Below are positions 40,009-56,266 of a stretch of 64,000 nt of DNA, piece after piece. The stretch covers positions 24,254,464 to 24,318,463 of the forward strand of contig NC_043011.1 of the NCBI RefSeq assembly GCF_006345805.1, in the 5' to 3' direction. Origin of the DNA: Octopus sinensis. Lineage: Eukaryota. The position numbers were made by a program, and so were the translations under genes. The notes beneath the pieces were generated by a model that was not told the origin of the DNA, searched no databases, and saw nothing but the letters and a program-made list of their open reading frames with translations. Positions within the stretch are counted from its first letter, which is position 1, and each line of letters begins with the position of its first letter.

Positions 40009-40838
40009 GTGTCTTAGTGAAACACTGTCATCAAGATTTATAAATTTATGCATTAAAAGATATATCAATAGATATTTAAATTTAAGTGAAATGACCTCAG
40101 TTAGCTAATAGTTGTGGATGTTAGACTTTTATCTTTTACACCAGGGGTTCTCAAACATTTTGAGCCACTGCAGCCCCCTCCATGACCACATAATACCCTC
40201 AGCACTCCACCCCTATTTTTTTGTCATCATCATCGTTTAACATCCGCTTTCCATGCTAGCATGGGTTGGATGATTTTGACTGAGGGCTGGCGAGCCAGAT
40301 GGCTGCACCAGGCTCCAATCTTGATCTGGCAGAGTTTCTACAGCTGGATGCCCTTCCTAATGCCAACCACTCCGAGAGTGTAGTGGGTGCTTTTTACGTG
40401 CCACCGGCATGGGAGCCAGTCAGGCAGTACTGGCAATGACCTCGCTCGAATCTTTTTACACGTACCACCGGCACAGGTGCCAGTGAAGCGAAATAAATAT
40501 TTAATATTTTACTAATTTATATATACTATGAATCATTTGACATTTGTATACAATACTATAATAATATAATAAATTCATAGCATCCCACAATCCACTGCCT
40601 TCCTCCTAATGCCTCCTTTTTCTCTACCGAGAAAGGAATGTAGCTATGATAGCCAATTAGCTAGCTAGATAGATAGATTGGTACATAGATGAATCTACAG
40701 ATATGCAAATAGATAGTTATATTAATTGATATTCAAGTAGATGTATAGCTGAAATAATGAACTGAAATGAAAAACAAAAATAATCTCAGTTTGTAATTAA
40801 CTTTGACTGAGCCTTAGCGCTAGTTGGACAGGTGTAGT

Positions 40839-40877
<39 letters not shown>

Positions 40878-40996
40878 TACATATATACATGCAAATATAT
40901 ATGTATATATATTATATATATATACATATACATGCACACACACATGCACATATACATACAAACATATATGTTATATACATATTATTATATATATAA

Positions 40997-41041
<45 letters not shown>

Positions 41042-41380
41042 TGCACACATACACACACACACATGAATAAGTTTTATTTTTAATTCATTTATTTCCTTAA
41101 ACCATAAAGCACATTATATCTGTCAAACATATTAAAAGAAGGAAAATAAGCAATACCTTCTAAGTTCATTTCAATTATATTTGAAAGTAGAGTTTTGATT
41201 AAATGGCAAGGTTTCAAAAGAACTTTTTGAAATTCCTTACTTGTGTTTAATATGATAACATAATGTTTTCAAATAATCTAACTTACAGTATGAAATTTCC
41301 ATAGGCCCTGCTAGTTAATATTATTATTATTATTATTATTATTATATTATTATTATTATTATAAACATCATCATCATCAT

Positions 41381-42120
41381 TAAAGTGGTGAGCTGGTAAA
41401 AACATTAGCATGCCAGACAAAATGCTGTTAAGGATTTTGTCTGTCTTTAGGTTCTGAGCTCAAATACCACTAAGGTCGACTTTGCCTTTCATCCTTTCGG
41501 GGTCGATAAATTAAGTACCAGTGAAACACTGGGGTTTATGTAATCGACTAGTCCCCTCCTCCAAAATTTCAGGCCTTGTGCCTTTAGTAGAAAGGATTAT
41601 TAATATTATTTTTATTATCATCTTTTTCCAATTCTGTTTCCATTTCTTACCTAGTGTCTTCCTGACACCTAGGGCAGAGAAATGTACTGCATACATTGGT
41701 AGGCCATTAAAATAAACACATCAGATTGTTCATATTATTATTATTGTTATTATTATTAAAGTGGTGAGCTGGCAAAAACATTAGCATGCCAGACAAAATG
41801 CTGATAAGGATTTTGTCTGTTTTTAGGTTCTGAGTTCAAATACCACTTTGCCTTTCATCCTTTTGGGGTCAATAAATTAAGTACCAGTAAAACATTAGAG
41901 TTGATGTAATCAACTAGTTCCATTCCCCCCACCCCATCCCCCAAATTTCAGGCCTTGTGCCTATAACAGGAAGGATTATTATTATTGTTATTTCTGCTGA
42001 GGTTGACTCTGCTTTTCGTCCTATGGGGTCGATAAATTAGGAATCAGTCAAGTACTGGGTCGATGTAATCAACTATCCCCCTCCCCACAAATCCCAAGCC
42101 TTGTGCCTATAGTAGAAAGA

Positions 42121-42164
<44 letters not shown>

Positions 42165-42596
42165 GGCACAAGCTGGCAGAATCGTTAGCACACTGGATGA
42201 AATGCTTAGTGGGATTTTGCCCATCACTACATTCTGAGTTCAAATTTCGCCGAGGTCAACTTTGCCTTTCATCCTTTCGGAGTCAATAAAATAAGTACCA
42301 GTTGAACACTGGGGTCGATGTAATCAACTCATCCCCCCTCTCAAAATTACTGCACATGTGGCAAAATTTGAAACCATTATTATTATTATCAAGGCAGTGA
42401 ACTAGAAGAACCATTAGCATGCCAGGCAAAATACTTAGTGGTATCATCACTATATTCAGAGTTCAACTTCCACTGAGGTCAGCTTTGCTTTCATCCTTTT
42501 GGAGTCAATTAAATAAGTACCAGTTACGGACTGGGCTCAAAGTAATCAATTTTCCCCTTCCCCCATATTTCAGGCCTTGTGCCTAAAGTAGAAAGA

Positions 42597-42651
<55 letters not shown>

Positions 42652-42874
42652 CAGTAAGCTGGGAGAATCATTAGCATGCTGGATAAAATATTTAGCAGCA
42701 TTTCTTGAGTTCAAATTCTGTTGAGTTTGACTTTACTTTTCATAGGGTTGATAAAATAGGTACCAGTCAAGTACTGGGTTTGATTAAATTTACTAGCCCC
42801 TTCTGCCAAAATTTCAGGCCTTGTGCCTAAAGTAGAAAGAATTATTATTATATTATTATATTATTATTATTATA

Positions 42875-42918
<44 letters not shown>

Positions 42919-43107
42919 CAGTAAGCTGGGAGAATCATTAGCATGCTGGATAAAATATTTAGCAGCATTTCTTGAGTTCAAATTCTGTTGAGTTTGACTT
43001 TACTTTTCATAGGGTTGATAAAATAGGTACCAGTCAAGTACTGGGTTTGATTAAATTTACTAGCCCCTTCTGCCAAAATTTCAGGCCTTGTGCCTATAAC
43101 AGAAAGG
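41381..43107 (+). repeat. Tandem array of ~7 SINE family A copies separated by (TTA)n
   Basis: Copies start at about 41381, 41757, 41995, 42163, 42392, 42648 and 42915. The last two are essentially identical over about 180 bp. Confidence 0.9.
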
Positions 43108-44063
43108 TTTATCATCATCATCATCATCATCATCATAATCATCATTGTCATCACTACACAAGTAATTGTGTATCGTCAGTTAATTATTTCCAACACTTTT
43201 TTGACTGCTGTTGGACCTTATAAAAAAGGCTTTCTATCTATAAGCAATATATCTGACAAAATCAACCATCTTCGTTAAGACTCTTAAGATTAAAAAAGTA
43301 TCCCTCTCCGATAGGAGACTGTTTGAAAGGCAAAGCAATCATGGTTGTATGAGATCTGTGAATATGTTCAATAAGTGAATACATGTTTGCTCCAGAGGAA
43401 ACTATGAGACTCTATGCTGTAAACTAATTTGTATAATCTTGTTCGCTGAAGAAATGACTACTTATTCATTCATTGGTTAGTGCATTAGTGTTCTTTCATG
43501 AAAACTGTCCAGCGTATGCCTTAAAAACAAATACACAAACAGCCATTGTGGCTAGCTTTTGAAAATGACCACTGCAAAAATTTCTTGAAACTCGTATCTC
43601 AATTCTGGTGATTAAAGCCAGAGGAAACAGTTATTTTCTGCTTGTTGTTGATTATTCTTGAGGTTGTTTTGACTTGTTTATTATTTTTTTTTTTTTTCAC
43701 TCTCATATTGGTTTAGCTATTTATCTTCATTGAAAAAGAAAATTATAGTAAATCTCTTAAGAAGACGCAGCTTTTCCATTCGTGCAAATTATATTGTATT
43801 TCTGATATTTTCAGATAATAAATTCAGACCTCAATCTAACATGAGTTATGATGCAAACAGTGATACCAAGCAAGACACAGGAAAATGATGTAACCCTCAG
43901 TAATAGAATTTAAGAGTTTCAATGAGATAAGGTTGGCCAATTAGTTGAATGGTGTTTTTTCTCAAACAGAGTTAAGAATATTAATGATAAGGCATGAACC
44001 ACTCACACAACATGCATATATACACACACACACACACACACACGCACACACACACGCGCGCAC

Positions 44064-44116
<53 letters not shown>

Positions 44117-44325
44117 CTATTCTTCTATTTGTTTCAGTCATTTGACTGCAGCCATACTGGATCATTGCTTTTAGTCAAACAACAAATCAACCCCAAGATT
44201 TACTCTTTGTAAGCCTAGGACTTATTCTATCAGTCTCTTTTGCCAAATAGCTGAATTATGGGGACATAAACACACCAACATCAGTTGTCAAGCAAGAGTG
44301 GAGGGACAAACACAGACAAACAAAC

Positions 44326-46903
<2,578 letters not shown>

Positions 46904-47110
46904 ATGTACATGTTTGTGTGTGCCTATGTTTGTGTCTGTGTTGGAGCCCACAAAATTGCTTGACAACTGATGTTGCTGTGTATATGTCCCGGTAACTGAG
47001 CGGTTTGACTAAAGAGACTGATAGAATAAGTACTAGGCAAAGACTAAGACCTAGGATCGATTTGTTTGACTGAAAGAAATAAAAGAAAAAGAATATATAT
47101 GATATATAAG

Positions 47111-47141
<31 letters not shown>

Positions 47142-47211
47142 TATCTGTATATTTGTGTGTGTGTATATATATGTATCTCTCTCTCTTTATATATTATATA
47201 TATATATATTA

Positions 47212-47256
<45 letters not shown>

Positions 47257-48174
47257 GCAGAGAAACAGATAGGTATATAAAGAGATACATAAAGAGAGAG
47301 AAAGAGATCAGAGCAGTATTTCATTGCTGTTTGAAGTCAGAAGCTGCTCAAGATTTTTTTCTTTTAGGCTATTGCAGATTTATGAGGATAAGGAAAGGTC
47401 ACTTATGATATTTGTAACATAACTTGATTAGAAGGCATTCATGTAAGATAGAGGATGGTGCAATTCTGTGTTATGTGTGTGTGTGTGTGTGTGTATGTTT
47501 ATCTTATTGTACATTCTTAAAAATATACAATATTCTCATTTAAAATGCATGCCTTTGGAACATCACCTACTTTTTTGTACAAAGGAATCATCCCTTCTTT
47601 TTATCTTTTTGGTTTTGATTGTAGCATAAAATTTAGTATTCTGAATATATATTTCTGATTTTGATAGAAATCAAAGCAAAGGCATTTGTTATCAGTGACA
47701 TAACCATTAGATATTTCTGAAATGAGAGAAGACTATTCATTAAGAATAGTGAAGATTTGTCTGTCATAGACTACAAAAGGTTGGGATCAATGAGTGTTTG
47801 TTGCTTATGTGTTAGATAAAAAAATTTTCTTCTTTATTACTACTCTCTTTCTGGAAAAGATCACAGTGTAAATATGAAGCATATCAGATTGTATTTATAT
47901 TGTTGTTCTTCTAGCTCTTCTGCTACACTAACACAATAACCAATGGCATTTTACACAAAAGTGACAAAATTGGCATAAGATAGCAAATTATGCCTGATAC
48001 AGGATTTTAAAAAGACATCTTTTTTATCTTCAACTTGTTTCATTTGTTGGACTGCAGCTATGCTGAGGCACTGGCTTGAATGGCTTGAAGGGTTTAGTCA
48101 AACAAGTTGACTGCCAGTACTTATTCTGTCATCTCTTTTTGCTGAACTGCTAAGTTACAGGGAAGTTACATGAA

Positions 48175-48500
48175 GCCAGCATGCTCCGCTGGATGGGTAA
48201 TGTCAGTGTGCATGTATGACAGAGTGTAATTGATTAAAGAGAAAAATTGGGTATAAGAAGCATCAGACAGATGTTGTATACAAGAGCGAAGACTGTGCTG
48301 GTATGGTCATGTGATGCATATGGGTGAGGACTGCTGTGTAAAGAAGTGTCCATCTCTAATTGTGGAGGGAACCTGTGGAAGGGGTAGATCCAGGAAGGCA
48401 TGGGATGAAGTGGTGAGAAAAGGTCTTCAGATGTTGGGCCTCACAGAGATGCCAAAGGACCAAAACTTCTGATGATTTGCTGTGCTTGAGAAGACACATC
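48175..48500 (+). mobile_element. RTE LINE 3' coding remnant
   Basis: Reads MLRWM...EKLGIRSI...RLCWYGHVM...EGTCGRGRSRKAWDEVVRK, with frameshifts. Confidence 0.75.
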
Positions 48501-49324
48501 ATGCTAAATATATCATGGCCATCCATACATACAGACATATCCTTATGGCCATTCCCTTCACTCCCTCTCCCAGCCAAAAGGTCCTTGTCTTGTGAGCTCA
48601 TGGGAGCTGGTGCCACATAAAAGGCACCCATGCCAGTGCCCTGCAAAAAGCATCCCCACCAGTGTTGCATAAAAGCACTTGTGCCTGTGTCACATAGAAG
48701 CACCAGTGCTGGTGCCACATCAAAGCACCTGTATCAATGTCCATTCTGGTGCCCCATACCGAGCACCCATGCTGGTGCCATATAAGAAGCATCCAATACA
48801 CTCTGTAAAGTGGTTGGCATTAGGAAGGGCATCCAACCATAGAAACCTTGTCAAAACAGACAATAGGAGCCTAAGCAGCCCTCTGGCTGGCCTGCTGCTG
48901 TCAAACTGTCCAACCCATACCAAAATGGAAAACGGACATCAAAGATTATTATTATGATGATGATGATATTTACATATATATATATATGTGTTTGTGATTG
49001 TCTTCCACCACTGTTTTATGTCCCTGTAATTTAGCAGTTTAGCAAAAGAGACTGATAGAATAAGTCTCTGGGAGCAAGTTGTTTGACTAAACCCTTCAAG
49101 ACCATGCCCCAGCATGACCACTGTCTAACAAGTGAAATAAGTAAAGGATGAAAGGTATATTGGCAGCATCTATGAACAGGTGTCATTATTGTGTTTTGTT
49201 GTTTATTAGACTCAGCTGATTCAGCTTGAACATATCAATGAGGTGTAGGTTTTTTATTCAACAAGATTTGACTAACACTCCTAACTGTGACCATCTTATC
49301 ATTATTATACTTACTTTTTATTTT

Positions 49325-49697
49325 TACTTTTACTTGTTTCAGTCATTTGACTGCGGCCATGCTGGAGCGCTGCCTTTGGTCGAGCAAATTAACCCCAGGA
49401 CTTATTCTTTCGAAGCCTAGTGCTTATTCTATCAGTCTCTTTTGCTGGACCGCTAAATTATGGGGACGTAAACACACCAGCATCGGATTTCAAGCGATGT
49501 TGGGGGGACAAACACAGACACACAAACATATACACACACATACATATATATGACAGGCTTCTTTCAGTTTCCGTCTACCAAATCCACTCACAAGGCTTTG
49601 GTCAACCCAAGGCTATAGTAGAAGACACTTACCCAAGGTACCATGCAGTGGGAATGAACCTGGAACCATGTGGTTGGTAAGCAAGCTACTTACCAAA
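49325..49697 (-). mobile_element. SINE family B
   Basis: Same sequence family as 29331-29908. Additional partial copies lie at about 44125, 46900, 48030, 48990, 51770, 57400, 57950, 59080-59550, 60900, 61130 and 61690. Confidence 0.85.
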
Positions 49698-50194
49698 AAG
49701 TATATAAAGTGTATATAACCATCTCAAAAAGGGACATAATTATCTCAATCTGGAAAGGTAAAGGTGATTGCTATGACTGTAACAACTATATTACTGTTAC
49801 TTTCCTCTCAGTGCTTGATAAGGTATTTGCTAGGGTTATTCTAAACTGAGTACAAATTCATCCACTCTGTTTGCTTCTCAGTAACCAGAGCAGTTAGGGT
49901 TAGAAGGACTCCCTTCAGTCATGAATGACCATGGGATTGCACCTAGAAAGTTACCCTCCAAGGCACAAGTCCAGGCAAGGTTGTTTATAGAAGACCTGTA
50001 GTCACCCATGCATACCAGCCTCTCCTCTCCACGCCACCAATGTTATCCAAGAGCAAAGGCCAATACTGCTTGGCACCAGTGATGTTGCAACACATTTCTA
50101 CAGCTGAGTGAACTGGAGCAATGTGAAATAAAAAGTCCGGGAATTGAACTCACTACCTCATGATTATAAGCTTGACGCTCTAACCACTGAGCCA

Positions 50195-51010
50195 TGCATA
50201 CTGACCCGGATTTTGTTGATGATGTGGTTATTTTTGCTGAGTCTCTGAATGTCTTAAGGAGTGCTCTCCTTTCACTAAGAGAGGAAGTGGAACCACTTGG
50301 CCTTAGAGTTTCTTGGTCAAAACAAAGATCCATTCTTTCATTGGCTTCCTGGAGCACACCACTTTGTCTTTGTTGTGGGTGAGAATGTTGAAGTTGTTGA
50401 CTGCTTCATTTATCTTGGTAATGTGATTTATAGCAATATTAGCTGCAAGTCCAAAGTTTAAAAAAAAACTTGGGTGTGCTGGTGCAGTTGTGGATTCACT
50501 GGACAAGGATGTTTGGTGCTGCTGATATTAGAGCAAGCAGACCAAGGTTTGGATCTTCAGATCTCTGATCCTCCTTGTCTTGTTCTACTGTTGCAAGACT
50601 TGGACACTGTCTAAAGCCCTTAGGGGCTGCCTGAACTCCTTTCGTACCAGGAGGCTTCACACTTCACTGGATTATGGGCTACTGTTGCATCCAACCAATG
50701 ACTTTACTCAGAAACTGGGATGTGACCTGTTATTTTTACTATTCAGGAGTATCAGCTTAGAATGTTTGGCCATGTTGCTTGATTTCAGAGTTGGATCCTG
50801 CATACCATGTTCCCTTCTCTGAGGATCCAGCTGGGTTGACAGGTCATGTTGGTCAGTTGGCCACATGGCTCATGGTCACAGTAGATGAAGAAGTATTTTA
50901 CAGATGAGTACTCACTGGACACTGCTTGGAGGGTTGCTTAGGACAACCTGAGCAGATATCAACAAATGGTAGATGCTGCAACGTACTGCATCTCTATGTC
51001 CTGTACATGA
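50195..51010 (+). mobile_element. RTE-clade RT fragment
   Basis: Reads DPDFVDDVVIFAESLNVLRSALLSLREEVEPLGLRVSWSK, VEVVDCFIYLG and LILLVLFYCCKTWTL. Confidence 0.85.
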
Positions 51011-51930
51011 CCTGACCTGTGTATATGATGTCCAAGTTCATTAGAGAAGATTGGGCAGAACTGACTACATAGGAACTCTTTTATAAGATGTTAATGTTTA
51101 GTTCAGGTTCACTGAACTAAACAACAGACCTGTAATCAAAGATATTTCAACCATGACTGTCCCATCTATTATTCAGGTATGCATATTATCTAGAACTACG
51201 TTATCCAACATGTCCTTCCTTATCCAGAACAGCAGAGTATAGTTTGATGGAGATTTGGTTGTTATTTGTAGCAAGTTGAGTGATTACATAGATCCTCTTT
51301 TTTGGTGCAATATTACAGAGATTTGAAACTTTTGTTATGATAAAAATTAAGAGAGGGAAAATGAAGTTTTACTCGGTAGTATTTGAAGATTTCTTTAATT
51401 TCTAGAAATGATATTATCTTAACCTATCTCAATTGTTTCATATTTCAGTACCTTCTTTTGTTTCTTTTCAGGATAAAGGAAAATGTCAAAAGAAATTTAA
51501 ATCAGATTTTTCTCATAAAATTCCGAGACAGACTGGAATTCAAAACTTTCTTTTGAACTGAAGTCAATAAATATCTTAGGCATTTACTCATTTAAAAATG
51601 TTAAAATGTACCAAGTAGAATATTTTTTGTTTTTAAATGGTAATATGGTTATGTGTGTGTATGTTTATGTGTACGTGCACAAGAATGAATAGTAAATTCA
51701 AAAGAATACATGTTAAGACAAGGTCAGTGAGACAAGGTGGAGAAATTCACCAGATGTCATAAAAATAGATGTAGGCATGGCTGTGCTGTTAAGAAACTTG
51801 CTTTACGACCATATGATTTTGAGTTCAATCTCACTGCACAGCAGCTTGCGCAAGTATCTTCTACTATAGCCTCAGGCTGATCAATGCCTTGTGAGTGAAT
51901 TTGGTAGATGGAAACTGTGTGACAGACTAT

Positions 51931-52004
<74 letters not shown>

Positions 52005-52909
52005 TAATATTAGGGTAATAGAAATTATAGAAATTTTTATTACCAGTGGCCTAGCGCAAAAGAATTAGTCAATAGACTATATATTATTCATATAAAATAT
52101 CGTGTACATTAAAACACATTGAGAGGCTTCCATCAATGAAAGCCTTGTGCTAGAAAGAGCAGTAAACAACTCAAACCACTAATTAGGGATAAATTCTTGA
52201 AGAGAAGACTGGCTTCAGTAAATCTTTTTTTTACTGAAATAAGTCAGAAACCATGGGCTAGGTAAATTAGATGGTAAATGTTTTTAATTTTCTTTCCCTT
52301 TGAGAATTTATCCCTAATTAGTGGTTTGAATTGTTTACTGCTCTTTCTAGTGTACACACATATGTATACACACACACACACATATCTTTGTGTGTGGTCC
52401 CTTTTCGTCTGCGTTTTCCACCACCACCACACCACCACCACCACTGGTAGAGTGAGTACTGGAGTTGATTTGTTCGACTAAAACCACTCAAGGGGATGCC
52501 CCAAGATGGCCACAGTCCAATGAGTGAAACGAGTAAAAGACAGAAAATAGTAAAAAATGGGGAAGATTGCTGAGAACAAAAAAATCACAAAGTTTGTCAG
52601 TTTGCCAAGTAAAGAATCAGCAACTTTATGTCCAATCACCAAACCTGTACTTAATCCTTAATGAATATACTTCCAGGTAACATTAAGAGGGGTAGTTAGT
52701 TTATTATTGAAGACATGAAACTATATAATAACTGGCAAGTATTTGCTCGTCTCCAACATGCTTTGTTTACTGTTGAAGCATCACCTACTGTTTGCTTTCT
52801 TTTTCTTCTTCTCTGTTTTTTCTTAATGAAGGGCCTTGATTTGAAACATTGAATGCCCTTCTCTCTTTCTTACAGCTCAAAATTAATGATCTTGTACAGG
52901 TGTTTATCT

Positions 52910-53780
52910 TTTACTTGTTTCAGTTATTTGACTGTGGTCATCCTGGAGTACCACCTTGAAGGGTTTAATAAAACAAATTGATCTCACTACTTATTATTTA
53001 TTTTTTTTTGTAAATCTGATACTTATTCTATCAGTTTTTTTTTGCCAAACCACTAAATTACATGTGTATAAACAAACCAACACTGGTTGTCATGCAGTGG
53101 TGGAGAACAAACTCAAAAACACACACACACACAATATATATAACAAACTTCCACACAGTTTCTGTCTGCCAAATTCATTCACAAGACATTGGTTGGCTTG
53201 GAGGCTATAGTAGAAAAGATTTGTCTTAAGTGCCACATTGTGGGACTGAATCTGAAACCATGTGGTTGCAAAGTGGAACTTCCTAACAACAATTTTTTGA
53301 TTTTTCTGAAGTCTTTCTCTGGATATAATTACCATACTTACCATGTGCAGGCTTGGCTATGTAGTAAGAAGCTTACTTCCTAACCACATGGTTCTGGGTT
53401 TAGTCTCCCTGCATGGCACCTTGGGCAAATGTCTTCTACTATAGCCTCTGGCCAACCAAAGTCTTGTGAGCAGATTTGTTAGATGAAAACTGAAAGAAGC
53501 CTGTCATATATGTATGTGTGTGTATGTGTGCATCTATGTGTATGTGTGTATGTATATATCTATGTGTGTGTGTATTTGTGTCTGTGTTTGTTTACCACTA
53601 CCACTTGACAACTGGTGTTGGTGTGTTTACATCTCTGTAAGAGCAAAAGAGACTGATACAATAAGTACTTAGTTGAAAAAAATAAGTCCTTGTGACAAAT
53701 TGTTTGACTAAAACTCTTGAAGGTGGTGCTCCAGCATGGCCATGGTCAAATGACTTAAACAAATTAACGATAAAAGATAT
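52910..53780. mobile_element. Head-to-head pair of SINE family B copies
   Basis: Minus copy at about 52910-53290 and plus copy at about 53346-53780, about 55 bp apart. Confidence 0.75.
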
Positions 53781-54246
53781 TGACATGGAACTTAAGTCTG
53801 GAATATGCTTGTCTGAACTTTTATTTTATATGTTACGTTCTGCTGTGTTCAATTCAAAACTTATTATGATCAACACTTGTGATAGTTTAGTATCCTAAAG
53901 GATAAGCGAAGATGTTTTTTAATCATTTGAATAATAAAACCTGGTTGGGCAACCCAACTCTATACACATGACTCCAAGCAATGGTGAAAGATAATGTAAA
54001 AAAGAATTCTAAGAGTATTTTGATTTCTAGACTTGTTGAATCTAAATCAGATGACTAGCAGGCCTGAGAAGAGTAATTACATTTAATTAGCATCAAAATT
54101 ACCCAAAATAGCTATTTTGATGAGACAAGAGCTTGTGCTAAATTTTCCTCTTGTGTTGTTGCATATTCAAGTGTCATTTTATGTTTTCAAGTATTGTTCT
54201 TTGTCAATTAAAAGTGCTCTTTAACTTCATAATGATGTCTGACTAA

Positions 54247-55152
54247 TATTGTGTCAAGTCAAAAGTTTGGCAATATTTTGGTGACATAGTTGCTTCATTC
54301 ATCAAGTTACAACAAAAGCAGTCTAGCATTCAAAGTAGAAGCTATCGTGTTGCACCATCTGAAGCCACTTTTCTGCAAGTTCTTTGATCTCAGGCTGATA
54401 CCAGTACTTGTCCTTCAATATAAAATCCTTTACTGAAGCTTCCACCCCTTCTTGGTTGATGAAGTGTCGCAAGTGCTGGAAGAGAGCCATGGTTCGGAAC
54501 AAGTAATAATTCAAGGGAACCAGTTCTGGACTATATGCTAGGTATGGCATCATTTCGATTCCCTTAATTTCCTGAAATTTATTCCAGGTTGTTTGAGCAG
54601 TATAAGGTCTAGCATTGTCTTGCTGCAGAAAAGCTCACTTACTGTTAACCAATGCCAGGTATTTTTGCCACATGGTTGCATACATCTGCCTGTTTGGAGT
54701 ACAGGTTGGCATCAATGGTTTGGCCATCTGGAATGAACTTGTGAATTATCCCCTTATAATTCCACAAGATGCAGAGCAACACCTTGTGTTCAAAATGCCC
54801 AAGTTTGGTGACTGGTTCTAGAAGCTGGCTCTTCCTTAACCACTGCTTATGCTCATTAGGATTGCAGGGAAAATATCTCCATCAGATTAGTAATTGTTCT
54901 TCTGCATGGTTTACTTCCTTTGCTCATGAAATGTCATCAACCAAGTGGCGATGGAAACATCAGTGGAGGAGTTCTTTGCCTTGAAGGACAGGAACTGTTA
55001 TCTGCATGGGATCAAAGAAGTAGCAGAAAGGTAGTTTTAGATGGTGCCACATAGTGGACTCTACTTTGAATGCTAGGCTACTTCAGTTGTAACTTGACAA
55101 GTAAAGCAAATAAGTTAACAAAATTTTGCAAAACTTTTGACTCGACACAATA
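54247..55152 (-). mobile_element. Decayed mariner transposon
   Basis: TIRs tattgtgtcaagtcaaaagtttggcaa / ttgcaaaacttttgactcgacacaata with TA ends. The minus strand reads QDNARPY, AYSPELVPLNYYLFRTM and IKELAEKWLQMVQHDSFYFE. Confidence 0.85.
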
Positions 55153-55178
55153 GAATGACAGTTATAATAATATTGTAG

Positions 55179-55785
55179 AATTTTTGATCTTTACCGACCT
55201 ACAGATTTAAAAAATAATTTTTTGTAACTAAACACTTTCAAACTTTGGACACTGGTACAATGTGTCATATAAAACATCTTTTACTCTTAGCATTTTTGAG
55301 AAAAACTCTTATTTTTACGAAGTGATTTCACGTTAAAGTTCTTGTATTTCGGTAATTTCAACCAATCGATGACATGTATTCAACTGAATAAAATTATTGC
55401 CGTTGCTTGTCAACAAAAACTTCTGGCAGTTGTCACTGTTATTTATGACAACCTTAACCTTAAAACTCTAACCTTAACCCTAAAACCAATACAAATGCAT
55501 GAACGATGTCATAAATAACAGTAACAAACGAAAAATACACCGATGATAGTTGTTGTTGACAAACAACGGCAGTAATTTTATTCAGCTGAATACACATCAT
55601 TGATTGGTCGAAATTACCAAAATAAGAGAACGTGAAATTACTTCGTAAATATAAGTTTTTCTCAAAAATGCTAAGAGTTAAAGATGTTTTATATGACACA
55701 TTCTACCAGTGTCCAAAGTTTGAAAGTGTTTAGTTACAAAAAATTATTTTTTAAATCTGTAGGTCAAAAGGTAAAGATCCGAATT
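55179..55785. mobile_element. Foldback element with ~270-bp terminal inverted repeats
   Basis: gatctttacc..acctacagatttaaaaaataattttttgtaactaaacactttcaaac mirrors gtttgaaagtgtttagttacaaaaaattatttttaaatctgtaggtc..ggtaaagatc. The centre holds (taacct/taaccc)-like repeats. Confidence 0.9.
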
Positions 55786-55919
55786 TTTTTTTAATGCAGC
55801 ATACAACTACTAACTTTAACATATTGCAGTTAAAATGTTTTTATATGAAACCTTTATATTTCACATGTAAGAGAATTTTTAAAATGTTACTAAAAACGTA
55901 TAGCTAATTACTTTTAAAG

Positions 55920-56203
55920 GGTTTCTAGTGGATGACACCTTTACATTGCTTAGGAGACAACCCTCCAATACATGGGTCTGTTTGGGTAGTCATTGCTGCT
56001 GAGGGTTTTATGAAGTTGGAGTGCAAATCTTACCTCACCCTCTATTAGTTGCTTTACGACATGCAGAGGAAATGTTAGGTCTATTCTTTGACATGCCACT
56101 CCGCAAACAGCAACTCTGGTGGTTGAAAAAATTGGGAATGTATGTCACATATGATACAGAGATGACAGGGAAATATACCCTGTGTATTATATGTAATGCA
56201 CAG
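55920..56203 (+). pseudogene. Best-preserved plus-strand exon (one in-frame TGA)
   Basis: Bounded by cttttaaag| and cag|gtcagt; 284 nt, phase 1-0. Reads FLVDDTFTLLRRQPSNTWVCLGSHCC*GFYEVGVQILPHPLLVALRHAEEMLGLFFDMPLRKQQLWWLKKLGMYVTYDTEMTGKYTLCIICNAQ and overlaps track ORF 56021..56245. Confidence 0.65.
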
Positions 56204-56266
56204 GTCAGTCAAAGAGGTAGAACTATTTTGTCTTTGGTTTTCTAATACATACTGTGTTGTGCTTAA

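Noticed and set aside
55920-56203. Alternative frame GF*WMTPLHCLGDNPPIHGSVWVVIAAEGF that also looked protein-like
   Set aside because: It has five stops against one in the preferred frame. This shows that by-eye protein-likeness is unreliable, which is why confidence in the other relic frames is kept low.
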